Below are positions 40,505 through 57,110 of a stretch of 64,000 nucleotides of DNA, in pieces; position 1 is the stretch's first letter; the number at the start of each line of letters is the position of its first letter. The notes beneath the pieces were generated by a model. It was not told the DNA's origin, made no database searches, and was given only the letters and a program-made list of their open reading frames with translations. The translations under genes were made by a program, and so were the position numbers. This DNA is from the human T2T-CHM13v2.0 reference genome, Homo sapiens. The stretch is from the NCBI RefSeq assembly GCF_009914755.1, contig NC_060930.1; one strand, 5' to 3'.

Positions 40505-42104
40505 CAGGTTCTGTTTTCAGGCAGTTTCCTTTCCTGGAGGCAGCACAGCAGAGGCCAGGAGGCTGAGGGCCACGGTGCATGTCCTCAGAGGGGCAGCAAC
40601 AGATTCTATCTTGACCTTTGTTATTTTTCTACTGGACACTTGACAATAGACGACATTTTGAAGAGGAGGGGGTCTCCCACGTTGCCTGCTGTGTCAGTCC
40701 AGGCTGTGGGCTCAGACAGACAAGACTGATTGTAGTGAAGGGGTGACTTTTGTCCAGACACATTCAAAGATCTTACTGGCCTTAGAAGAGTCCTTCTTGT
40801 CTCCACACTGTGCTAGGAACTTTGAGGCAATCAGCTCAAATGCAGAACATGTTATTGGTGGGGAAGCAAGGAGCTTTTCTGAAGCGTCATTTTTTTCCCG
40901 TCTCTGTTTCTCCTCTCCCTTGGTTCTGTAAAATCAGTGAATGCAGAAGTAGGGTAGAGATGATCCTTGCTCTGCCCCAGGCCTGCTGACCAGGGTGTAG
41001 GTCTTTAGCAGAAAGGCTTTGGGAGAAATTCAACTCCCAAGCCCTGCTTGCATCTAAGCCTGCTTCGCAGTGTTAGGCGTGTGTTGCTATGGGCAGTGCA
41101 CCAACATTAAATAACTGAAGGGGTTGGCTAGCAGTCTGTAAAATGGAAAATGTGTGTGTGGCTTTAGGTGGTCTAAAAGTCGTATTTTCCTTGGTTGTCT
41201 TGGTAAAGTCATTTATTTATACCAAAGAGCAGAATGTTGGGAGGTTAAAAAAAAAAAAAAGAGCTGGAGGAGAGGAGAGGTCTTTCTGAATGAATTGATA
41301 GAAGAAATGGCATAACTTACAAATGTACAAGGTATTTCTGTCATCCTCCCTGTATGTATTCAGGTATGTTTTTAGGAATCCATTGCTCTAAAGGAAGACT
41401 ATAGTGTGGAACATAATCTTGCAGTGAGTATTACACTGCGAGAAATTTTTAGCATTTACTACATGCCGGGTGGACTACACGAGCCGGCTAAAGTCTAAGC
41501 GCTTCACACGTGTTACTCCAGTAGTCCTCACTGAAGTAGGTGTTGTGATTATTCAGTGTTCCTCAGAGGTTGAGACGTGCCTAAGGCCACTTAACCAATA
41601 CCAGGCGCTATGGAGCTGGGTGGAAACTCAGAATGAGCTCTAGAGCAATTACGTGGCACTTGCCTTGGGGAAGAAACAAGTGACATGTTTATTTATTTAT
41701 GCAGGTGAATTTGTAACATGTACTCTTGCACCTGGACTTGGAATGCCTAGTGAATAATGAGTCTAATGAATAATATGAATATTAATGACCATAATAATGA
41801 ATATTAATGAACACTAATGACTAAATGAATAAAAAGATTTTCCACTTTTCTGAGGGTCTCCTGAGAGGTGCAGTGAGATTTGTCCCAGATGCAATTCTCT
41901 ATCGGTTCCTGAATTCTCAGGCTCCCATCAGAATCCCTGGGAGGGGTCCTGACATCTCTTTTATGAGCTTCCCAGGAGGTGGTGGTGCAGTCCAGGGGCC
42001 ACATTGGGCATTAGGAGCCTCTTCCTCACACAGTGCCTTTGCTGAAGGTGCTTCCCTGGTGTTTCCTCTCTTAGCCCTGCTAGGCAGGCAGAGAGATGGG
42101 GATT

Positions 42105-42330
42105 GAAGACTTTGGTGTTGGCACCAGACCGTCCGAGGTTGGAGAGCTGGCCTCTGTGCTTCTTAGTCCTGGGATTTGTGGGCAGTCGCTCAACTTCTTT
42201 GAGCTCCTGTTTACCCATCAATATAAGTGGGAAAAAACAGGCCCCTGTCAGAGGGCTGTCCTGAGGGTTAGGAGATCCTGCATGTAAAACAACCTGGCAC
42301 TTGATGTTTCCCACTTAAATACCAACCTTT
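42105..42330 (+). mobile_element. MIR immediately upstream of the exon
   Basis: gggcagtcgctcaacttctttgagctcctgtttacccatc...agggctgtcctgagggtta...gcatgtaaaac. Confidence 0.65.
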
Positions 42331-42388
42331 ATTACTATTAACTCTGCGTAGAGGGAGGTCCGATGGCTGTGGGCTTTTCCAGGGTGGA

Positions 42389-42423
42389 CTGACCTGACCG
42401 CCTTTGTTTGTCCACCCCTTCAG
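42389..42423 (+). promoter_or_regulatory. Branch point(s), polypyrimidine tract and 3' splice site
   Basis: Tandem CTGAC CTGAC (yUnAy consensus; A at 42392 and 42397, i.e. -32 and -27), followed by a pyrimidine-rich tract and CAG. Confidence 0.7.
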
Positions 42424-42552
42424 GACGGTTCACTGGGAAACATCGATGACCTGGCGCAGCAGTATGCAGATTATTACAACACCTGTTTCTCCGACGTGTG
42501 CGAGAGGATGGAGGAGCTGCGGAAACGGCGGGTTTCCCAGGACCTGGAAGTG
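42424..42552 (+). CDS. SASH1: Internal coding exon (probably exon 2) of SAM and SH3 domain-containing protein 1; 43 codons, phase 0/0
   Basis: Acceptor ...ctttgtttgtccaccccttcag| and donor |gtgagt. The frame is open and reads [43 protein letters not shown], which matches the SASH1 N-terminal sequence as I recall it. The exon is CpG-rich compared with its flanks. It is absent from the ORF track because it is a short internal exon. Confidence 0.93.
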
Positions 42553-42795
42553 GTGAGTGGGGGTCCTGGGAATATGCTTCTGTGAGCAGAGCTGCTCCAA
42601 TTTGGGCTTTTCCTTGGTCTTTATCCCAGTGCTAGCTCTTCCTGGGGTATCAATCTGTAGGCTGCTGCACTAGTGTGGGGTAGAATGTTCAGGTCCCTAA
42701 AAGACTGGCCCAGTTCTGCCGCAGATATCAAACTGAGTGAGTGTTGGCTGGAGCAATAGGATCGAACCTTTGCACTCATTAAAAGAACAGATTTG

Positions 42796-43097
<302 letters not shown>

Positions 43098-43403
43098 TTA
43101 TTTTTATTTTTTTACTTAAGGGAAAAGTATATTTTTACTGTTCACCAGTGTATACTACATTTTTTATTGACTCTAAGCCCAAAGGGTGTCTAGGCTAATT
43201 TTTTTTCCAGCTTTCGTTCCTTTTTTCTTTTCTTCTCTTTTTCTTTTCTTCTTTTGGAAAGCAACATAAAATTTTAAGGAACAATAAATCACCTGTAGTC
43301 CCTCACCTAGCAATAATCACGTTGGTGTTTTAGCGGGTATCCTTCTAGTGTTTTTGTGGGCATTTAAAAATCAGCAAAACTAGCCCACCACTAAAGACAC
43401 TCT

Positions 43404-43697
<294 letters not shown>

Positions 43698-44291
43698 TAA
43701 AGACACTTTTATAAAAAAAAAAAAAAAAAAAAAATCAGTGATACAATGCTGTATCTATATATTTAAAAAAAACTTCTTCCTTTATTACTTAACATTTTAT
43801 TGCAGCTCATATTCCCTGTCCTTGAGACTTGTCATCACCATCTTTCATGGTTATAGTCTCCTCTCACTCAGGTGCATTGAAATAAATTTGGCTGTTTGTG
43901 AAAACCTTTATGTGTATAATCAGAGATGCATTTGGACTTGTATGTGATAAACAGTAACTAAATAGCATAGGTGCTATATATATAATTTATATGTATACTA
44001 GTAGTTCAAAATTGTATATTTGCTATAAAATATCATAAAAGCGTCTGCATTTCTCAGTTTAAATGTCTTACTATTGGATTCACTTTAGTTCCGTGCCTTT
44101 CAAATAGTTTTGTTTCATTATGCCAACCTCAGGACCTCCTCAAGAAGTGGGGTTGAGGCAGAAGAAAATGTTCAACCCTCTGTCTCCTCATCCAGACCTG
44201 TTCCTTTTGAGCCATCTCATATAGTGGGGGCTGCATGGATATGTTTTAAGTAACAGAGTTCCTCTGCCTTTAAAAAAATGTTTGAAAACTA

Positions 44292-44611
<320 letters not shown>

Positions 44612-45330
44612 TCAGTTGAATCCTTATTTATCCTCCTCCCACCTCCTGTTTATCTACTTAGGGTGAGCACACACACAAAAATAATAATTAAGTAACTAAT
44701 TTAGAACTAAGTAGGAACAGATAATTCTTTTGTTAATAATTATTTTTATGTTACATACAAGGGTTCTGTGAGTCCTCTCATACAAGGGACTCAGCAAGTG
44801 GTTGGGTACCACTGCCCTATATTGTGCAAGTGAACATAATCTGTTTCCACGGTAAGACTATGGTGTTCTTATGTACTATTATTTCTTTTCTTAACCAAGT
44901 AAACATTCCTTGGATCAGGAGTAACATTATATCATGACTGCCAAATATTAATTGATTCTCTTTCTTTTATGTTCACCAATTTAGTAGCTGCAGGGATGGG
45001 AGTTAGTTTAAAGTTGACTGAGGCTGAGAAGTGTCATCCAGGGGCTGACAGCCATCACCACGGGAGCCTGACGCCTTGGCCCAGGTGGGCGGCAGTGTTG
45101 TCAAGGGCTTCTTTCTTTTAACTTTGTTCCTTGACATGTGTGAATGCTGGGGTTATTTCCTCCTTTTGAAGAAAGTAACTTTATGTGTCAAAAGACTCCC
45201 ACACTCTTAAAATTCATTAGGCTCTCCTGTTGAAGCATAGTTAATGAAAAAATACTCTCATTTTGGCAAGATTACCACAGGACAACTTAAATAAATATTG
45301 CATAATGCCCTGAATTCTTGAATGTTTCAA

Positions 45331-47229
<1,899 letters not shown>

Positions 47230-48479
47230 AGTTTCTTTCTATGTTTGTCAGCAGCCCTGTCAAAGCTGAGTGCGAGATGGCTTTGAGATGAAATAACCTG
47301 TTAAAAGCAGAAGAGGAAATATGCAGTAACATATTAGAAGCCTCAAACATTTTATAGGGGAAAAGTAGCATTAGATTTGTTGTATCTGCTCTAGAAAAAG
47401 TCATTTTAGAAGACAGCCTTGGGGACAGAGAATTTTGGGTGATGGGTTGAATTGGTTTATGGCTTTGTTTCATTCTAAATCTTCTGGGTGAATTTTGGAG
47501 ATTGAAGAAATAGTCTACAGATAGGATACTTAGATATTTGTGTTTGGCTTTAAAAAGTCAAAAAATGCATTGTCCTTAAGAGCTAATTATGTATCAACTG
47601 GAGAACAAACGAAACAAAAGGACACTCAGCCTACAGAGTTGCTTGACTTAACCCTGAAAAATAAAAGGTTTTGATAATTATGTTAGTAATTAACTTTCTG
47701 GACTGGATGTCAAGCTCTTTCTCTAGGACTTAATCACCCGGATCCTGACTGGAATAATGCATTTGATAAAGTGTCTTTGGGGCCAGTTAGTTTTGGTGAA
47801 GACAACAGAGAGTACAGATGGGTAAAAATTCAACAATATAAACAGAGATTATGATTCACATTTATAACTATGGTGAGAGTTTTTATTTAGCACCAAATGG
47901 GCCCTACAGGAATGGTGTGTTTGGACCACAGCCTTTCCCTCTGCTGGGGATTGGGACATTAGTGCTTGTGAACAGCAGGGAAGTTGCCCATATCTCTCCA
48001 CATTTGGCACAATCCCTGGGCACCATGTGTTTTTTTGGCTGGGAGAAGCTGCAATCAGAAATGCTAGTGGCTTTCCAAGTCCATAATGGTCCAACTTGAA
48101 TGATACTAAGTCTGACATCTGTCAAAGTGACACCATGGTCAGGAAAGTACTCAAGGTGGCTTCTTATTACTGGCAGTATCAGCTTCCTCAGCATCTTGAG
48201 GTGGAATCTGTGTGGGTATTGGCAGAAAACAAGTTTGTGCAGTTGTTGATGTGGCACGGAGCTGACAGAGAAGTCCCTACCCCCAGCAGCACTCTGTTGA
48301 TGATGACATACTCATCAGCAGCTGAAGCCTGGCCCAGCTTCTGTGCCAATTTGTTGTCATGACTTTGTGAATACAAGGAAAAGGGAGCCCAGGTGGAGAT
48401 GCACTGAGGTCTTTAAGGACTGGGAATGTCAATAAAAATATTGCATATTATAACTGTGAAAGGTCATAGCAGGGCCATT

Positions 48480-49920
48480 GCTGGACGGGTGCAGTGGCTC
48501 ACACCTGTAATCCCAGCACTTTGGGAGGCCAAGGCGGGCAGATCACTTGAGGTCAGGAGTTCAAGACTAGCCTGGCTAACATGGTGAAACTCCATCTCTA
48601 CCAAAAACACAAAATTAGCCAGGTGTGGTGGTGCGCACCTATAATCCCAGCTACTTGGGAGGCTGAGAAAGGAGAATCGCTTGAACCCAGGAGGCGAGGT
48701 TGCAGTGAGCCAAGATCATGCCGCTTTACTCCAGCCTGGGTGCCAGAGTGAGACTGCATCTCAGAAAAAAAAAAAAAAAAAAAAAAAAAGAAAGAAAGAG
48801 AACCATTGTTAATGGTGTAGGAATGACTTATCATTCCTTGCAATTTTAATAACTTAAACCTTCCAAATATAGTTCTGGATTAAGACAGAGGCAGTAAGAG
48901 TAGTGTCCATTGTAACCAGTGCTAATTGTCAGAGCCTCTTTTGACTGTACCACCCCCTCTCCAAGCTGGAGGAAGAGCCCTTACCCGGGCTTGTTGCAGT
49001 GAGCAAGAGGGTGTAAGAAACATTAATGGAAAGAGGCTGAGGGAGTCACAGACTTGGTTCAAATTCTGGCTCTTTTACTTACCTGGCAAGTGAGGTAACC
49101 TCTCCTGGCCTCAGTTTCCCAATTTATAAAATGGGAGTAAAGTATCTCAAAGTTATTAGAGGCTTAAATGAAAAAAATTGCTGTCATCATAAGTGACTGT
49201 AACTGTTGATTTCTTTCCGTTCCTTTCTGTTCTGAGTTGAAAAATCCCTGCAGTAATGCTGAAGAGTATCCATTACTTGTACTTCATTAATATTTATTCA
49301 AGTGAGTGCAGGGATTTTTTTAATAGCTTTTTATGTTGGAAATGTGAACATCTATAAAGATCATAATACCGTGAACGTCCTGTGCCTGTTTCCCGGCGTC
49401 CACAGCTAGCAGCATCCTGCCATTGTTTCATCCTCACATCCCACTCACACTTCATGATTACTATGTTTTTTAAAAGTTTGTTTTGTCCTGGCACGGTGGC
49501 TCGTGTCTGTAATCCCAGCACTTTGGGAGGCTGAGGCACGTGGATCACCTGAGGTCAGGAGTTTGAAACCAGCTTGTCCAACATGGTGAAACCCCATCTC
49601 TACTAAAAATCCAAAAAAAAATTTAGCCAGGTGTGGTGGCTGGCACCTGTAGTCCCAGCTACTTGGAGGCTGAAGCAGGAGAATCGCTTGAACACTGGAG
49701 GTGGAGGTTGCAGTGAGCCGAGATCGCACTATTGCACTGCAGCCTGGGTGACAGAGTGAGACTCCGTCTCAAAAAAAAAATTTGTTTTGAGGTATAACTT
49801 ATATACATCTAAATGCACAAATGTCAGTTGTATAACTTCATCAAATAAATATACCCATGTCACCCGCAGCCCAGCATGATAGAGAACACATTCAGCACCT
49901 GCAAAGTTGCTTCCTGTCCC
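48480..49920. mobile_element. AluS + (48480-48797), MIR + (about 49030-49170), and AluS + (49487-49780) between old L1M fragments
   Basis: Alu and MIR consensus; diverged L1 3' motifs. Confidence 0.8.
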
Positions 49921-51496
49921 TTCTAGTGGGTCCTGCCTGGTTTGAGGGCAGGGATTTTTGTTGGTCTGTTTTGGTCACTACTGTACCCTTGCATAGAGAA
50001 CAGTGCATGGCACATAATAGGTGCCCAATAAGTATTTGTTGAATTCATTCATGTGTGTAAATATTCAACTGAGCATTTAAATATATTTGAAATATTTAAT
50101 GAGCATTGAGTCTGTCATGTGGGATTTTGCCTTTCCAGAATCACAGACAAAATATGTATTCCCTGCCCACAAAGAGGCCACAGTTTAGTAGGGGTGTGAG
50201 GCAAGTAACATACTCTTACCGTGCTGTGCAGGAGTACAGAAGAGGGTCCCTGATGACTCCTTAGAGGAAGTGGTAACCCAGGCTTCCCAATCAGAAGGCA
50301 CAGGGAAGACTGACCTGGTTGAGGGAGGTGTGGACCGTGGGGAGTATCTTCAGGGAGACGTCACAGTTTCATCCAAGGCCAAAAATGGAGGGAGGGGTAA
50401 ATGTGGCTAGAAACTATGGTATAAACGATGTGAGGGGAAAAAAGAGGCAGGCTGTTCTTTCACAGGTCCTTGGATTATTAATGATATAAAAGATAAAGTA
50501 GAATATTCCGATTCATTCCTATTCACAGGGCGAAACAGAATAAATTGCCATTTTGCAATTGTTGACCGCTGGGCCAAGGTGAACTTGTTCTTGCTTTGCC
50601 TGTGGCTTCACGCAGACATGCGCACATAGTCCAGTCTGTGTGGGTTTTTGTTTGGTTTCACTGACTGCTCTTTTGTTATTTGCTACAGACAGCAAAGCAT
50701 ATGGGAAACAGGTTTCCTGTTGTACATTTGAGCTTCCTGAATATTCAAGAAAATGATCAGGAAAGTGAGACTCTGCCCAGCTCAGTCTACAAGGTCACCA
50801 TTGTTTTTAAGGAACACAGGTCTGCCCCCAGAGCATAGAAACACAGAAGACTTATGTCGTCCCTGAATTCTTATTCTTATCCCCATAGGATAAGAATGAG
50901 AACTGTGCCGCACACTATCCTGAGTTATCCTGCTGAAGCCCCGTTGTTTCTCTAAATGGCATTAGTTTTTGTTCTGTTTCCTTTTGTCTTCACTTACATT
51001 ATTTGCTAGCTTTGGGCTACAGCTGATTTGAAGATGGTGATCAGTATCTGTGGGCATTAGATGGTGAGTCTGAACTCCATTCTGCTGTGGGATTCACACA
51101 CTTGATGTCAAATACACTGAAGCATTATATCTTAAGCCAGATGGTAATACAGTTCTGTGCTCTGGCCTCTCTCAGACAAAGTCACATTTGTAATCAAATG
51201 CCCTGTTCCAATTTAGTCAGCATTTTTTGCACATGGCACTATGGGAACGTGGACATCAACAGATCTCTTGGTGCCAGATTTGATCTTGGCATTCTGTACC
51301 TTTGGTAATTAAGAAGGCTTTTCTTTTTTATTAACCCTGCAGTCAGTTCAGGTGTTTCCAACCTTACACTTAGGCACTAGACACCTTTGCAGACTGTGCA
51401 CTTGCGGAAACCACCGGGTTGGCTGTGTTGTGCATGACAGTCTAAGAGTAGAGAGAGCTTCAGATTTTTCAAATGTGCATCAACAATTTCAGCTTC

Positions 51497-51784
<288 letters not shown>

Positions 51785-52685
51785 GAATTTCAGCTTCTTT
51801 TTCTCTTGCTCCTGAACATTTAGAAATGGTTTTTGTTTGCTTGCTTTAATAAAAAGTAGTACACCTGAGGGCTTAAACACCAAACTAGCATACTACTTCA
51901 ATACTAGTACTTGCCAAAAAGGAAAAAGTCTGAGCTTTGTTGTTTCCATTTGCATACAACAGACAGCATTCCTAAATGTTGAGGAAATTGACACTAACTG
52001 GGGAGAAGAGTTAGGAACTCAGGTAAAAGTGGCCACTTTGATGGCGGAACCTAGCAGGTATCCAGGGTTTGGCCAGGGCTTGGCCAGGGCTTGGGAGGGA
52101 AAGGAGCATCCCTGTTTTTGGAGTCAGGACCATTCAGGGGGTGAACGAGGCCCAGGCCAGGTGCCTTTTTGGAGCCTGGAATATTAAAACCAGGATGCCA
52201 AAATTGTAGTGTGATCTCAGTCTTTACATTTAACAATTATATACATTTTTAACATGGAAGATTACAGTATAATTTATTTAGGCTAATCAGAAGCTAATTA
52301 TAGGCTATTTAAAAATGTTAATTTGTAGCACACTAGAGGCAGTATGATCTGAAGTGAGACAAAATGTAAAGGAGTGCAGTGAATGTTTGCTTATTTCCAG
52401 GCCCTCAGAGTGGGTTTCTGTAGCTGGATCTATGTCATTTAGCGGTGATGTCAACAGTCTACATTTGAGACTGTAGGAGATGACTGAGTGGTCCAAGCCA
52501 AGTGGCCCACCTATTCTGCAGAACCCTGTGTGGGGCCTGAGGCAGTTTGGCATCTGGAATGGAATTAGGCAGACACCTGCAGGGCCCAGCCTGGTAGTCA
52601 GCTGAGGCAGGGCCCTGAGCCTATGCTGGTGTTGTCACACACTACACCTGACATTGTCCTCCTGACGCACGCAGTCCATATTTTA

Positions 52686-53552
<867 letters not shown>

Positions 53553-54589
53553 TTGATGCGGTCACATCAGTTATCCTGACTTTTCAACTATTCAATATCA
53601 GGAAGGACACACACTAGCTCATGGGGTAACTTTGGAAAATACATCTCAATACACCCCAGAGCACAGCTCATACCTTTCCCTTAGTGTTTCACTGCACTTC
53701 TCAAAAAAGAAAATTAAGTTGTTGCTTTTTTTTCTCCCTTGACAGGTCAATCTGTGTATTAGAAATGGAGACTTAATTTACCAACTCTAGAATGGTATTA
53801 AGAATCTAAGTTCAGGAGTAAGCCACTGCTCCTGTCTCTGGCCATTCTGAGACCTGTGCATAAGTAATTTATGTATAAGGCATAGTTTGAGAGACTGGAG
53901 CAATTATTTAGAATATGAAGACATTCTAAATTTGTGCTACAGCAATGTCATCCATCTCATGGGCCCCAGCAGAAGCTGATGAAACTTAATCAAAAATAAA
54001 TCAAGAGCAAGTCCAAACCAAATTGGAAGCACATCATGAATATTCGTGAACATCTGGATGTGTGTGTGGGGGGGTGTATGTTTTTTTTTAGTGTGTGCAA
54101 CAGCAGAGACATGATTTCTTAACAAAGATGCCAAAAGGAAGACAGATTTTCATCTGTGATTTCAAAGGGTGTCTTTGTTTGTATGTGTGTGTCCTTTCTC
54201 CTTAGGGTGTGGGTTTCTTTTCTCCGAGATATTCCTTTGATCTCTTTCATCTTTCGGGATCTGTTTGGGTATTTTATCTGAATTCTTCATTGGAGTCAGT
54301 CATTTTGATTCATGAAGATTAAACATTTCCTTCTAAAGGAGAATTTCAACTTAAGGAAAGTTTTACTATTTAATATTTTTGATGAATCTTTTCAATGCTA
54401 GCGATGTGATAATTATCAATTAAGCTATTCTGCATCATTGATCATCAGTTTCACTTCACATGTCTAAACCTCAGGGTACGGTACTTTATCTGCCTTGCTA
54501 CCTAAAGTACTGCCAAAAACTAAAGAGGAAAAAACAAAGTATGGGAAGGCGGTAATAACAACCATGCTGATAATTATCACAAAAATGAC

Positions 54590-55190
<601 letters not shown>

Positions 55191-55569
55191 CAAAAACGAC
55201 ATTTTTAAAAGCACATTAGAGTTGACATAGTTCCTGGGTACATGCTAGAGCTCAATGAATACTTATCATAGATATTATTATTTATAGTAGAGATATTCAT
55301 TATAAAGTTAGCACTTGTTAAAAGTTGAACAGCTAGTAAGTATCAGAGATGAGATTTGAAACCAGGAGGCCAATGCCAAATCTTCCCTGGCCACTCCCTA
55401 ACCTTGCATTTTCTTCTCTAGAGTCTCCTCAGAGCCTTCTAGAAGAATCAGTTTGTGTTGACTTGATTTACAGATTAGTTTATGTCCTTGGGTAATATGA
55501 TATCAAAACGCTATATTATAAAGCATGATATAATATAGAATATTAATATAAGAATATATATATATTTTA

Positions 55570-56110
55570 AGAGATGGGGTCTCACTATGTTGCCTGGTCT
55601 GGCCTCGAACTCTTGGCCTCAAGCGATCCTCCCACCTAGGCCTCCCAAAGTGCTGGGATTACAGGCATGAGCCACTGTGCCCAGCCAAAAGTAATTTTTG
55701 CTATACAATTACAACATACATTCATTGTAAAAAAAATTGAATAAAAATTCCACAGTAGAATTGTAACGTCTCTTAATACCCAGGTCTCAAAGATAACAAT
55801 TGTTAACAGCTGGGTTTTTGTTTTGTTTTGAGACAAAGTTTTTGCTCTTGTCACCTAGGCTGGAGTGCAATGGCTCAATCTTGGCTCACCGCAACCTCTT
55901 CCTCCTGGGTGCAAGTGATTCTCCCTGCCTCAGCCTCCTAAGTAGCTGGGATTCCAGGTGCCTGCCACCACCCCTGGCTGATTTTTGTATTTTTAGTAGA
56001 GATTGGGTTTTGCTATGTTGGCCAGGCTGGTCTTGAACTCCTGACCACAGGTGATCCACCCACCTCGACCTCCCGAAGTGCTGGGATTACAGGCGTGAGC
56101 CACTGCACCC
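55570..56110 (-). mobile_element. FLAM-like monomer (55570-55686) and AluS (55815-56110)
   Basis: Alu consensus. Confidence 0.85.
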
Positions 56111-56824
56111 CACCTTCCCATAGTGTTTTTTAAAATGAGTGTTTTAATTGGGATATGATTCATATACCATAATATTCACCCTTTTAAGTGTACAATTCAG
56201 TGATTTTTAGTACCTTTATTCCTAATTCCAAAATTCCATAGTACTTTGAATGCTGTTTCACCTTTCTATAGTGAGTATGTTGTCCATTACTGTATCTCTA
56301 TGGCCAGAGCAATCCCCTGAATATAGTAGGTGACAAATAAATTTTTGTGGGGTGAATGAATGACAATAGCTGTGCATTCTGGAGATATTTGCATTCCTAG
56401 ACTCATAAAGTGAGGCTTTCTTATTACACTCTTGGGTTTTAAAAATAAGCATAAATATTTAATGAGAAAAATCTTTTAAGCAAGAAAGTTTTGAAAGTAT
56501 AATTCTGGAAAAGAAATGCCTTTATTACAGAATGAACCTGCTGGCTAATAAAAACATAAAATATGTTAACAAGTTCAGACTTCTAATTAGAGGAAGAAAG
56601 GCTCCCAATGAAAGTGTATTTGATAAGACAAAAGTCTTTCATGCTGTAAAGTTTGCTTATGTAAACCTATTTTTTAAATATGGTTCTAAGGGATAGGCTG
56701 TTGTCTTAAAATGGGTATACAAATATAAACGTCCAGGATCCACTGAGGATAAACTACATAAAAACCGGTACAATAGAAAAAAAAATGTGCTTGGCACTTC
56801 AGTCCTTTCTAAACTGACTTACTA

Positions 56825-57110
56825 CCCACCCCCAGCCCAGCCCATCCCTGCTCCGCCCCAACCCCCACCACCTGCCCCACCCCCAGCCCAGCACCACCGG
56901 CCTCCCACACCCTCACTCCTGTCCCAGTTCCATCCCAGCCCTATCGTACCCTCATCCCAACCCCAGCCCCACCCCCACCACCTGCCCCCCAAGCCCAGCC
57001 TCCTGCCCCAGCCCCACCGTTCCCCTCTCCCAGCCCGTGCCCCACCCCAGCCTCGCCCTCATCCCAGTCCCCAGTCCCCCTCCAACACCCCACCCCCAGC
57101 CCCAGCCCAG
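56825..57110. repeat. C-rich low-complexity tract (degenerate CCCCACCCCCAGCCCAG units)
   Basis: More than 25 runs of three or more C in 286 nt. Confidence 0.9.

Noticed and set aside
42372-42423. Upstream alternative acceptor (cttttccag at 42382)
   Set aside because: It would add 41 nt (frameshift), lies upstream of the branch points and has a weak pyrimidine tract.
47849-48376. Cluster of overlapping non-repeat ORFs suggesting a processed pseudogene
   Set aside because: No recognisable protein similarity, poly(A) tail or TSD; I cannot support it without a BLAST search.
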